A stretch of DNA of 64,000 nt from Podarcis gaigeae (lineage: Eukaryota), in NCBI GenBank assembly GCA_964106915.2, contig OZ066917.1, one strand, 5' to 3'. A model generated the notes under the pieces. That model was not told the DNA's origin. It made no database searches and worked only from the letters and a program-made list of their open reading frames with translations. Both the position numbers and the translations under genes were made by a program. This document shows positions 39,511 through 51,924 of the stretch, in pieces; positions within the stretch are counted from its first letter, which is position 1, and each line of letters starts with the position of its first letter.

Positions 39511-40414
39511 CAGTATTAGCTTAGTCTCATCTCGCCAAGTGAAACAGTTAAATCGTATGCCTGTCTGCTCAGAAGTATGTTTCATACAACTCAATGGACC
39601 TTAGTAGGAATAGGACGAGTAGCATCTTTTCAGTGTGACACGTGAAAGATGCATGTGAGAATGTTATGCTGCATCACAAAATGCCTGAAACACACATTAG
39701 ATAGCTGACAACCGGAGCAGCTCATAGCCATGAAAGGTATTAAACCAGTTAAAAATACCATGGCCTATGGTACCAAAGGCAAGTCATAGGTTTAAATATA
39801 AAAGTCCACTGGAGAATGCAAGGCATTTGCACCCTTCTCACTTCCCCTGGCTTTTTGAACTAGTGTGTCAGTCAAGAGTAACCATATTCCAAATATTTTT
39901 GTCCACAGTTGGTAATCTGTAAGCTTTTCTGAAGTGCTGGAGTTGTTACTGATTGATTTTTCGTTTCATTTCTATACTGCACTTCCTTCCGTAGAACTGA
40001 AAAAAGGTCCACTGAGACTTCACAGAGGCAATGCTGGAAAAGAAAGCCATTGCTGCATCTGCCACAGATATAGAATAGGATTTTAAATGCTGCATTGAAT
40101 CAGATTTATTTTGAACATTTCTATGCCGCCCTTCCTTGGTAGTATCAGGGCAGTGCACTACAATATAAACACATTGTTCATAAAAACAACACATTGCAAC
40201 ATATACAACAATCACAGTAAAACCAGCCAATTCTACTAAAGGGCTTGGTATTAATAACCAGCAAATGCCTGGGGAAATAGAAATGTATTTGGGATGTGTT
40301 GAAAGTATGTTGAGGTAATAATATGTTCCTCCTGTTGCTTCAGACAGGAAATGCCTCAAAAGAATCTCTGATCAACTTCTCCACTGGAGTGATAGTTCAC
40401 CAAGCTTGCAAGTA

Positions 40415-40664
40415 CAGTCGTACCTTGAAAGTCGAATGGAATCCGTTCCGGAAGTCCGTTTGACTTCCAAAATGTTCAGAAAGTAAAGCGTGGCTTCTGA
40501 TTGGCTGCAGGAGGCTCCTGCAGCCAATTGGAAGCCACAGAAGCCCCGTCGGACGTTCAGCTTCCATAAATAGTTCGCAAACCAGAACAGTCACTTCTGG
40601 GTTTGCGGTGATCGGGAGCCAAAATGTTTGAGAACTAAGCTGTTCGACTTCCAAGGTATGACTG
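40415..40664. mobile_element. Tc1/mariner (Tigger-like) MITE
   Basis: TIRs CAGTCGTACCTTGAAAGTCGAA and TTCGACTTCCAAGGTATGACTG (20/22). Left TA present. Internal hairpin GTGGCTTCTGATTGGCTGCAGGAG-GCTCCTGCAGCCAATTGGAAGCCAC. Confidence 0.9.
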
Positions 40665-41846
40665 GAAATGAAACATTCAGTGAGACAAACAACAAAACAA
40701 ATATTGCACATAATGACTACACAACACTCTCTGACCTCCTACTTCTAATCCACCCATCAACCAAATATATCTTGCAATTCTGGGTGGCCCTTGGCCTCCT
40801 GAGAACACCCTTCGGTTGTTTCCAGTGGATGCTTCTCCAGTGAGCACTTGGTTTCGTGATTTAAGACCTGCATTCAAGGTACCTTTCTTGTTAAATAGTC
40901 TTTTATTACACTTTAATATTATTGGGAATATTTTTGCATACATCACCTATCCATTTCATACCTTGTAGAAATGTGTTTCTAAATAATGAGATTTAGGGGA
41001 GTGGTCATTCTTAGTTTTAACATGAACAGCAACATTTTATCATTCAAAGTACAGCGTGGTACACAACTGAGTAAACATATTTCAGAACAATTGTCATTTA
41101 GAAAATGAAATACTGCCATTGTTTGGTAATGCTCGCATAACAGCCCTAAGATTAGACCACATCTCACTTTCCCCCAGTGGGCAGCATTTAAGAAGTGAGT
41201 AATAGGTCTGTCTGCCTTTGTCAAGTAATCCCAAATGTAAGTAATTTACAGGACGACATTAGAAGCTGCTACAAGCGACATATTGTAATATGTCATTGGA
41301 AATCAGCTTCCCTTTGCACGTTTGATCAACGGCCAGATGGAAGCTTTTATCACATTTATTTAATCTGAAATATACATAGTAATTACAGTGGACCTTTTGA
41401 TTTGAGCCCTCATTGCTGTCTCCAGAGAAACGGGGGAATGAGTCTGTCATTGTGGTATAGATGCAACCTGGTAAGGCAGAATTCTGATGTGCGTATCGTT
41501 CCCCAGTAGTCTGTTGACACAGGGATTATCAGTCCTGTTGAAAAGAAAAGCAGTAAGGGATACGAAAAGCCATGAACCAACAACTGTCCAGCTTTTTATT
41601 AGACATATTAACAGCTTTTAGAAAACCAAAGAATAGCCTCAAACTTGGCAGGCTCATATAACCCCAAGAAAAACGATTAAGAGTGCATATTGAGTAGTAT
41701 TTTACTTTTAGGCAATTAGAAAGAATGAGAAAGAAGAAAACAAGGCTTTATGGTTCCCAGAAGGGAATTTCGTTAAAAACATAAAATACTTTCAAATATG
41801 CTTTAATTAAATGATGACACTACTGGTTGTTTTCACTTTAGATATA

Positions 41847-42072
41847 TAGTGGTACCTCGGGTTAAGAACTTAATTTGTTCCGGAGGTCCGTTCTTAACCT
41901 GAAACTGTTCTTAACCTGAAGCACCACTTTAGCTAATGGGGCCTCCTGCTGCTGCCGCGCCGCCGGAGCACGATTTCTGTTCTCATCCTGAAGCAAAGTT
42001 CTTAACCTGAGGTACTATTTCTGGGTTAGCGGAGTCTGTAACCTGAAGCGTCTGTAACCTGAGGTACCACTG
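41847..42072. mobile_element. Tc1/mariner (Tigger-like) MITE
   Basis: TA|tAGTGGTACCTCGGGTTA ... TAACCTGAGGTACCACTG|TA, with repeated TAACCTGA subterminal motifs. Confidence 0.92.
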
Positions 42073-42490
42073 TATAAAGTAAGTGCTGTGTCAAATAACT
42101 TATCTTTTCCTCTCCATTTGGGATTTTTTTGCCCCACTGGAAGTTACAGGTGCCCTGTACCAGCTTGAAATATCTATACCTATAAATTCTGATAGGCATG
42201 AATAATGGCAACTGTAATTTCCATTCTTTTCCCCTTACTGTTTTTGGAGTTAAATGGAGCTTAATCCCAGGTAAATGAGTAAAGGATTGAAGCCAGCAGA
42301 TTAATTTTACCTTCCTGGGCAGGGGAAATTTGCAGTTGGAAGCACCACGCCATCCACAACCCTATTAAGGCCACTCATCAGCTTCCTTGTCTGGTTTCTA
42401 GATGGCTGTTTTATCAATAGACCAGTGTCAGTGATGCTTTAGAATGGTAAAGAATCTTGGCTGCCATCCATAGCGACTACTTTCTATATT

Positions 42491-42797
42491 AAAAGGTAAA
42501 GAGACCCATGACCATTAGGTCCAGTCGTGGCCGACTCTGGGGTTGCGGCGCTCATCTCGCTTTACTGGCCGAGGGAGCCAGCATACAGCTTCCGAGTCAT
42601 GTGGCCAGCATGACTAAGCCACTTCTGGCGAACCAGAGCAGTGCACGGAAACGCCGTTTACCTTCCTGCCGGAGCGGTACCTATTTATCTACTTGCACTT
42701 TGACATGCTTTTGAACTGCTAGGTTGGCAGGAGCAGGGACCTTCTGATCGGCAAGTCCTAGGCTCTGTGGTTTAAGTCACAGCTCCACCCGCGTCCC
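42491..42797 (-). mobile_element. Sauria SINE with internal deletion
   Basis: AAAGGTAAAG tail, GGTACCTATTTATCTACTTGCAC core and CCACCCGCGTCCC head on +. Lacks ~45 bp that includes the B box. Confidence 0.93.
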
Positions 42798-45200
42798 TAC
42801 AACCCTATTAGCACATGTTAATTGCACCCCACCCACACCAGTTTTATTTTTATTTTTTCCTTCCCACTGATTTCAATCTGAAGGGAGGGGAGGTATGCCA
42901 GCCCCAGGGCTGGTATAATTTTTCAGCACATTGGTAAGTATGACTGGGAATGAGCCATCATCAGATCCTGTGGACCAATGGCTTCCAACAACAACACCCC
43001 CTGAATGCTCATTAATGATCCCACCACAGAGAGCCACCAGTGGGTCTACAGTGGCACTTTATGCTGTCACACATATAGGCCTCCAAACAGACCTCTCTCT
43101 CTGCCCACAGTGAGGTCCAGTGTTTTATCACCTCTCAGGTTCTCTCTGTCACCAGAGGAAACAAAATTTTACTGCATGGTTCACACCTCTAGGATCAGTT
43201 TGCTTTTTCTCTATTTGCTTCAGCTTATGTCATCACTCTGCTATAGGTATCATGATACCCTTGTTTATGTACCTCCCCATATCAGAAGGGCATCATAACT
43301 TTCATGATTAATTGGTATTGCAGCTCACAATAAGAATCAGAAGGTCATCATTATGATTTGTGAGTGCACAAGTGCACTGAGGATTACGAAAAATAATGCA
43401 GAATGTAATATTGCACTTAGAATTAGTGTCATAATTAATAGAATAAAATACTTTTTATAGTTTACAGAAACATTTTTTCATTTAAATAATCTCTGGCACT
43501 TATTTGACCACATTAAAATATTAAAATGGATATGTTAGTTTCTGAAATTGCATCTTGATAATGACAGCTTGACAGAAATGCCCTAGTCTGTGCTCAGATT
43601 TGGAGGTAATTGGGGGGGATCATGAGATAGCTGAAGTTTTAGAGACTCTTTAAAAATGTATTTCTGTGACACTGAGAGTGAGGGAAAGGAATAAGTAGAG
43701 CAAAGGAGGGAGAATAGTAATTTGTATAGCTCCCTCCACCAGGTCTCTCGTTTTCTCTCTTAAAGCTATGGATATCAGCCTGCAAAATAGTTATAGCACA
43801 AAGCCTTGAACTGTTGACTGTTGAATTATAAGCAACAAAGGTCACCCAAACCCCCCACAATGCTCAAAACATAAACTGGCAGTCAATATACAGCATTTAT
43901 CCACAGCTTGATTGAAAGGTGATGTAGACTGTGTTCTGATATTTAAATTATCATGGGGAATTTTCCATTTTCTTCTATGCATGAATCAAAGAACAATGGC
44001 ACTGTGTATCAACAACCTTTTTAATAAGAGAAATTATTCAGCAATAGATAAGGCAGGCAGAAGAGAATATATACTTAAATGTGCTTGAGAATAACCTTTA
44101 GCATTCTGTTCTTGTTTCCATTACACAGGAAGGATTAGCCTCTAAGTTGCTTTACTCACCCATCCATGTTGGTATATTCTTTAAAGTATATAAAAATCAG
44201 GGATAGTCAGAAGCTTAATTAAGAATACAGTCTAGTCTTTCAGGGTCCTTCCCAAATTCTTTTACATTACTGCTTTCATAGGGAAAGCCTTAAAACATTT
44301 TCAAGAGAGAAGCTGGATTTTTCCATTACACAGCCTTCCATTTTAACTTACTAGAACCCAAACCATTAACATTTCAAGGGGACTAAGACAGAGATAACAT
44401 ATTTTGAAATCAAGGGGAATTTACTGTTCAGGTGGCATTCAGATGCTTCCAGTACATGTTTTAAATACATCTGAGATCATTCTAATCAGATTCGCTTTTT
44501 GCACTTTCCCCCCATTCTTTTTTGAGTCCTGTTAACAGTATGTCCAGGTCATAAGGTGCATGCACACAAGTGTGTGTATACACCCCCCCCCAACACAAGC
44601 CATGTCTCTTTCTTTGGGCTACCTGTTTCTGTTTTGAAACATTTCACATAACAGCCATGGGCCATGATTTAGCATTCAGTTTTATGGTATTAGAAGGAAC
44701 ATCTCTTTGCCCACCCTGAGAGTTCTCCCTCCCAGCAGTGCATCATATATATTCTGGTGCCGCATCCATTCCTTTTTTCCAATCAGAATTTACTGGGCAA
44801 CATCAACAAGGGCAAATGGAGGCCACTTATTGCCCTCTCTCTGAAAGGGAGGCGAGAGAGAGAGAGAAAATATCCCTGTTGCCAAGGCAATGAATATTCC
44901 CCCCTCAGCCCTGCAGTTTTTTTTTAATGTATACTTGGATTTGAATATAACTGAATTAACTGTCTGCAAGCCATTGTGACTGGGAGCTGTGGAGATAGTG
45001 TTTCAGGGCAGCAGGGGACCTGAGTGACAGTTTGGCTGTAGTTTACCACGTATCAAACTAAGGATAAATCTGAGAAAGTAGTTTCTTCTGCGTATACATA
45101 CAAAATGGATCAAAACCTGGTGAGTTCTAATTGGTCAGGCACTCCTTTCTTATCCTACTGGATCATTGGTATAGGCCAAACTGCAAAACTGCACCCAAAT

Positions 45201-45958
45201 TGAAATGATTAGCTAAGGGAGCCCTTGCTACAGAAAACAGAAGGTTGAGCTCTGGCCAAGGAGGACAGAAAACTACTGAAAGAGATTGTTGGTGTAAGAG
45301 CTGGTGTCATATAAAGGAAATCAAAGGACTCAGGAAGGGGCTTTTAGAGAAACTTCAGAGGCCCGAGAAAACCAAAGAGCTAAAATCACTAGATACAACT
45401 GGGAAGGTTTGCAGAGAAGAGTTTGTGTCTTAAGAGGCTGTGGGAACGCTAAGAACAGAGGTTGCTGGATCAGGGTGAAGACTGTAGCAGAAACACTTCA
45501 TTAAGTGTGGACTTGGTTGAAGACGACAAGTACAGTGGTTCCTCGGTTTACGAACTTAATCCGTTCCGGAAGTCCATTCTTAAACCAAAACCGTTCTTAA
45601 ACCAAGGCACATTTTCCCTAATGTGGCCTCCCACCGCCCTTCCACCATTCGGATTCCGTTCTTAGACTGAGGTAAAGTTCGCAAACCGGGACACTAATTC
45701 CGGTTTTGCGGAGTTCGTAAACTGAATTGTTCGTTAACAGTACTGTTCTTAATCTGAGGTACCACTGTACAGTCCTCAGTGCCTAGTTGATGAGTGTTAA
45801 CTAGGGAGGAGTGGGATAGGGAATCAGCTTTAGGTCTGATTATGAACAGAACTGAGGCTTGCATAACTCTCTCCTTAAGGTGACAGAAACCCTACACTGT
45901 ATTTGCTAAATAATTCAATGATACAGTGAGATAATTCTTATATAAAGCAATTATAACA
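45201..45958 (+). mobile_element. Possible old solo LTR interrupted by a MITE
   Basis: TG...ATAACA ends with AAAT on both sides, TATAAA near 45310 and a purine-rich body. Boundaries are tentative. Confidence 0.35.
45533..45767. mobile_element. Tc1/mariner (Tigger-like) MITE
   Basis: TA|CAGTGGTTCCTCGGTTTA ... TAATCTGAGGTACCACTG|TA. Shares AATCCGTTCCGGAAGTCC with 40415-40664 and the general layout with 41847-42072. Confidence 0.9.
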
Positions 45959-46077
45959 AAATGAAGTTAACCATCTAGTTTATTAAGTTACTATACATAC
46001 AAACATCATTGTCTGATTAGTAACTATTTTAAATAAATTATAATTTACTCTTATTTTTTACTTTTACCTTTCTCATT

Positions 46078-46262
46078 ATCAATGGCTCATAGACATGTTG
46101 AGTATGCTCTACTTTCATGGCTAGAGGCAGCAATGCTTCTGAATGACAGTTGCTGGAGACCACAGGAGAGGAGAGGGCTCTTGCACTTGCTCTGCTTATG
46201 GACTTCCCATAGGCAATTGGTTGGCTGCTGTGAGAACAGAATGCTGAACTAGATGGGCCATT
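46078..46262 (+). mobile_element. Squamate retroposon fragment (CR1-related 3' region)
   Basis: AGAGGCAGCAATGCTTCTGAAT-ACAGTTGCTGG..TTGGTTGGCTGCTGTGAGAACAGAATGCTGAACTAGATGGGCCA, a recurrent squamate repeat motif recognised from memory. Confidence 0.6.
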
Positions 46263-47945
46263 ATTACTTAATATTTTAGTTTCCATGCTGTTTTGTCTGG
46301 TGCTTCTCCAGAGCTTCTGGTGGATAAACTAAGGTAGAATACAAATTGTACTGAGACGTGTGGTGGCCTCAATAACAAAAGGTTAGGAAAAATAAACAAT
46401 AAGTAATATCTGGGTATAGGGGGAACCTAATGTGTGAGACATCCATCCATAACCAATAAATAAGGAGTAGAGGGATTCTTTTTCATAAGAATATGACTTT
46501 GTCCAAACAAAATTTACTGGGCTGACAGCACTAAGGATAAGTGAAGGCCTCCTGTTGCCCTCACTTTGAATGGGAGAAAAGAGGGAACATATTCCTGTTG
46601 CCAAGGCAATGAAGACACTGCCATTTCAGCCCCACAATTTAGTGTGAAAGAAATGAATGCTGCATTAGAAAGGACATTATTTTTAAAAATGATTTGCTGT
46701 TGTGCATATGCACATGAATGCACAGAACAAAGTTCGAGAAAAAGTCCCTTGCAATGCAGTGCTGATTGTGACCAGTCTGAGGTGGAGTGGGATCATGTCC
46801 TCAGTGCCTTGGCGATGGGGGTGCAGTCTTTTTTCTGTCCATGCCTCTTTTAAGTGGGAAAACATTTCTATTCCCTTTTGAGTTCTCCCCAAATGCTAGT
46901 CTTTATTTTTGTTTTTAGCTCAATATACATTCTTTCTTGCTATGTGCGCCCATTTCCCCCCACCAGGTAGTAATCTAGTTTTGAGAGGAGAAACTCTTCA
47001 TTTTTAGCAACTTTCCCTGAAGCATTTAGCCAGAAATGGTAATTATGTAAGATAATAGAGGAAGTAAATTCAGCACTGTAGTTCACTCAAGGGATTTTGT
47101 GTGTGTTGGTAAGTGCTGCAAGATAGTGCATAGCTCTACATATATATGTCTTTCTTTTCTGTTAATATTTTCACATTAGGGATAGCTTCCTGTTTTGTCG
47201 TATTTTATGTAAATATGGTTTTCACCTTGAGATGGCGAAACCTTAATAAACCTGATCACTGGTGCACATTTCTGATAGGTTATTTGTCTTAATGAAAACA
47301 TCCTAAATAGCTGTACAGTTGGAATCTCGAATTTTTGGAATCTCTGCATTTTGTTTTATCATGTATCCAAAATACAAGCATGTACTTGTGTATTTTGGTC
47401 ATGTTGAATTTCTGGTATTCCTACCCTTGAACATCTAATGTTTGTCAGGGGTGAAGAGAACAAACTGCCTAAGGGGCAGGTTTGTGTCTGGAGAGATAGA
47501 CAGAGAGAGAGCTTTGCTGGGTTACTTTTCAGCAGGAAAGCCTATCTGCTAATTCTTTCCCTGGTGTGCAAGGAGAAGCAGGAACCATGCTGCTTCTGAG
47601 GAGTAAACAGGAAATTACTCTCCATTGCCTGCTCCTTATTGGCCGGGATGGATGGGGGAGCAGTTGGTAGCACTTGCAATTGTTTCCTGGAGCTCTGTGC
47701 TTGGTTCTAGGGCACATGGTTCAGATATGGTGATACCTCACTTAGGTATCTTTGTGTGGGAAAACAGAATCTCACTTCTGCTACTCTTGCTGATGAAAAT
47801 GCCTAATACCTGTTGATGTGGATTGGGGACTGAGTAAAGGAGAACAGAAGAGTAAGAAAGACACCAGTCAAGCCAAAACAAACAAATGGAGACTCTTCAG
47901 AGTGCATGAAAGTCAGTGCAATCTGTTATATGTTAACAGTCAGTG

Positions 47946-48138
47946 CTATCTTTATGGCCCTGATCTGGCCACAGTGATCCATGCGACAGTCACCTCCAGG
48001 CTTGTTTATTGTAACTCGCTCTACGCGGGGCTGCCCTTGAAGCTGCCCCAGAAACTCCAGCAGGTGCAGAATGCCGCGTCGAGACTCCTTACGGGGTCCT
48101 TGCTGTGTGACCACATTCATCCAGTGCTTTACCAGCTG
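47946..48138 (+). mobile_element. L2 LINE ORF2 fragment
   Basis: Translates DLATVIHATVTSRLVYCNSLYAGLPLKLPQKLQQVQNAASRLLTG..HIHPVLYQL, the classical L2 SRLDYCN/QNAAARL region. Confidence 0.92.
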
Positions 48139-48610
48139 GGCAACACAATTTAAGAAGGATGTTGACAAGCTGGAACGTGTGCAGAGGAGGATGATTAAGA
48201 TGATCAAGGATCTGGAAAAAAATTATTATAAGGAATGGTGGAAGGAGTTTTGTAAATTCAGCCTGGAGAAGATGTTCTGATGTTCTGAGATGTTATGATA
48301 GGCACCTAAAATATTGTTACATGGGAGATGGAGCAAGCTTGTTTTCTGCTATTCTAGAGGGTAGGACCTGATCCAATGGATTCAAGTTACAAGAAAGGAA
48401 ATTGCTGCTAAACATTAGGAAGAACTTTCTGATTGTAAGAGGAATGGATTTCCTCAGGAGGTGGTGGACTTTCCTCCATTGGAGGATTTTAAACAGAGCT
48501 TGGATATTCACCTGTCAGGGATTCTTTAGCCGTGGTTCCTGTATTGCAGGGGGTTATGCTAGAGGACCCTTGAGTCCCTTCCACTTCTACAGTTTTGTGT
48601 TTCTGTGCTT
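48136..48610 (+). mobile_element. CR1 LINE 3' fragment
   Basis: Translates WATQFKKDVDKLERVQRRMIKMIKDLE and LNIRKNFLIVR (CR1 ORF2 C-terminus), followed by the CR1 3' UTR. Confidence 0.92.
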
Positions 48611-48667
48611 TTAAGCTGTTAACCTCCTGTTTCTCATGGTACCCGAATCAAGAAACTGGCACAATTG

Positions 48668-48799
48668 CTTCTCAAGGCAGCTCTGTTTAGGGAAGTTTGG
48701 TGTTTTATCATGTTTTTAATATTCTTCTGGGAGCCGCCCAGAGTGGCTGGGGAGGCCCGGCCAGATGGGTGGGGGATAAGTAATAAATTATTATTATTA
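48668..48799 (+). mobile_element. L2-type 3' tail fragment
   Basis: CTGTTTAGGGAAGTTT..GGGAGCCGCCCAGAGTGGCTGGGGAGGCCCGGCCAGATGGGTGGGGGATAAGTAATAAA(TTA)n. Confidence 0.75.
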
Positions 48800-49348
48800 G
48801 TTTTACTATTATATCTAACTTTTTATATAAAGAATCTCTTATAAGGATCTGATATAAATTGTACAAGTCTCTTTAAAAATAACAGTAAAAACAATCCTTT
48901 ATAGAACAATCCTAAGAGAGCTGGAGAGAAGGACCCTTATTCATCTTTTAAAAACATTTCTTATTCCCATTGCTTCTCAGTTCCAGGAATATGGGAGGCT
49001 TTTGGTTCCAGTGGATCCAATGCCTTTCCTGATCTACTGTGGAATCTTTTTAGCCCTGTCTGACATTAGCTACCATGAGGCTACAACAGTTGGTGCATGG
49101 ACTGACCTCCTTCTCAGGCCTTGGGCCTCCCTCTCTGCTTGCAAAATCCCATGGCCCCTGAGAAATCCTACCAAAGACTTTAATACTGTGCCCTAGATTT
49201 TCAAAGAAAGCAGAGTTCAAAAGATTAAATTTATTAAGGCTGTGATTATAAGCGTGCCTGCTCACAAGCTCAAATCAATTCATGGGATACTTAACAATTA
49301 AATATGTTTCACAGCCTTGTCATATGAAGCATTTCAGTGATCATTTGC

Positions 49349-49356
<8 letters not shown>

Positions 49357-49392
<36 letters not shown>
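49357..49392. repeat. (TG)18 microsatellite
   Basis: Direct reading of the sequence. Confidence 0.99.
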
Positions 49393-49395
<3 letters not shown>

Positions 49396-50954
49396 CTGCA
49401 GCTGTACTCTCATTACAAATCTATGCATACTTTACATGGGAGCACATCCCACAGAACACAGTGGGCCCTTTTTGAAGCATGCTTGGGGTTGCAGTTAAAT
49501 GGGTCAATATTTCATAGATCCTTTGTGTAAAACGGATAGTTCTAGATGGTTTGAAGGCATGGTGGCAACACGATGCAAGTGGAAAGATAAAATAGGAAAG
49601 ATAAATGTATGCATTACAGAGATTGCCAAATTATTACTTGATAAATTTCTTACTTGGTAAGTAGCTGTGCAACTACTGCTATTAGGATTGAAGGTCATTT
49701 TCTGACACCTTATCTGCTATGGACATGCCTGTTTGTGATGCACAACTTTAGGAGAGCACCATTTCAGAGATGGTATTTTCTCCACCTTTAGTTTGGGCTT
49801 TCTACCCTCCACCCCCACTCCCCCCAAAATTTTAAGAGTTGTTTTTCAAAAGCTGCTCCCTCCCCCTTTTTTTCTCACTGTATGTTTTCAAATGAATTGC
49901 AAAAGATACCTCCTGAAAGGGAACTGTCCATATATCACTGCATGTGAATCTGTTAATATACATTGTGAGCATACTAATAGTGATCTTGGCAGAGCTGCTG
50001 TTCATTGGTAGTTGAGGCATTCTTAATGTAAAATTAAATTATTCTAGCCTTATCTTTAAGACCAAATCATTTTCTTTATCTCCTTTCACTTACTTTAACC
50101 GATACCCAGGAGGTTACTGTACCACTTAATCGATCAGAACCTCTGAGGAATTACTCCCCTCGGTGATGCTATTTTTCCTGGCTGCCTTTCTGATGAGGCC
50201 CCTAAAAATAAATGAGCACTGTACTAAATGACAAGTTTAAATCCTTTGGTGTTCCTAATGTTTGGAACACGGAACCTTAACACAATAGGGGCTAATAGAT
50301 ATATAAAGCTAAAAACGATTTGAATTTACTCACTTCAGCATTAATCAGATAGCTGCTTTGAATTCACAAACTAACACTTGAGAATGAACGAAGTTCCTCA
50401 AAGATGCATTTACGTTTATCTGACCAAATTCATGCAGACTCAGCTTCGCCTGCAGAACTTGCTCAGCTACACTTTCTCCCTCCCTCTCTCTTTCTCTACT
50501 GCAAAAGGATACGGATGACAAAAGGAGAATATATAAGGGATTCCCACTGAGATTCAGCTCTATAAATTATGTATTATGCAGACACCATTCTGCTGATTCT
50601 ATCTGTTCCCCAATTCTTGATTCCTTGTTTTTCCGTCTATAAATAGCTATGGCCAGATTTTCAGTTGAAAAGTGATGAGGACAAAACCAGAAATCTTTCC
50701 TATTAGTACTGTCTGCTTAAGATTCCCTCTCCCTTTCATACTGTGACGTCCTCAGGGCTTTAAGTCTCTGGGAATACAAGCAGTGCTGTATCACTGATAA
50801 GCTAGTAGGGAATGGACTGAAATAACTCTTGTAAATATTTCTAAAAATGACTTTTTTGTGGGGGGAAGACAATTGTTTTATACCTTATCATCTGGATATT
50901 TTCATTTTTCAGCATATCAGAATAATATGTTATACTGTCATTTTTTTCCCCTAG

Positions 50955-51080
50955 ACCCCAATGCTATGGCTGAAAAGGACGCAACGGACCACGCTGTTAT
51001 AGGAGGGATAGTTGCTGTAGTTGTTTTTGTCACACTATGTTCTATAATTCTGCTTGGTCGATATCTGGCAAGACATAAAG
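50955..51080 (+). CDS. CADM2: CADM2 transmembrane exon
   Basis: Acceptor tttttttcccctag|AC and donor AAAG|gtaggc. 126 bp. Encodes [42 protein letters not shown], the CADM-family TM helix plus the start of the cytoplasmic tail. Confidence 0.98.
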
Positions 51081-51924
51081 GTAGGCTAGATTTAATCACA
51101 GTGCAGTCACCTTTTGTAGCAATATTTCCTAGTGATTAGTTTTACCCTGCAACACTTTTTTTATGTAAGAAACTCTTCTAGACCCCAGGAAAACTCAGCT
51201 CTGATGTTACAGCATCAAGTTTTTGGTTTTTTTGTGTTTTTAGTGAGGTCCTGATTTTTACCCAATTTTACAGCTGGATTAACTGTGGCAAAATAACATC
51301 TAGCAATCTGCCCAAGGTCACACAGGGTGTCTGTCTGACTTGGAATCAGGCAGTTGGGATTCTGTTTCATGCAATAGACCCCCACTGTCCCTTAATTTAA
51401 CGAGTTTGCAAGATAAAAATTCTATATAAATAGGCAGACAAGCAGATAAGATAGACAGTTGTGAACTGCTGGGTCTCAAAAATGCATTTTTTTTCAACCC
51501 TCAAGACAGGAAAGATACTGACCATTAAATTCTGGCGTCCTAACAGTCGTTTTTAAGCCTGCGGGGGGAGTGTGGTGCAAAATGGGCATGTACATTGTGG
51601 GGATTTTTCTCCCTGGATGTTTTAGGGAGGAAATAAGTACGACGAGGCAGCCACCATCTATTTACGCATCTAAAGCAGTGCAGGTTGGGCCTACTTATTA
51701 CAAGAAAAGCAAGCAGGTGATTGGAATAAGCCTCTCCCTTTCCCCATCCTCTTTCCTTAATGGAATCTGTTGCCTTTCCTTTCTTCAAAAGTGCTTCAAA
51801 GAACTGAGCCCTGCGCAATATGGCAAGGGAAGGGAGGAAGGCTACGGGTCTTTCCTCCATGTCCTCCTCTGCCTCATGTCACGCCATTAAGAGAGTTGGG
51901 GCATGTTAACATCTGAATCGGGAA

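Noticed and set aside
22838-42797. Inverted Sauria SINE pair as a circRNA driver
   Set aside because: Both copies are in the same intron 19 kb apart with no supported exon between them, and they belong to diverged subfamilies.
50041-50170. Acceptor-like site (pyrimidine tract, CAG at 50109) upstream of the TM exon
   Set aside because: The phase-1 frame hits TAA after five codons and the only nearby donor (CG|GTGATG) is weak. No support without RNA data.
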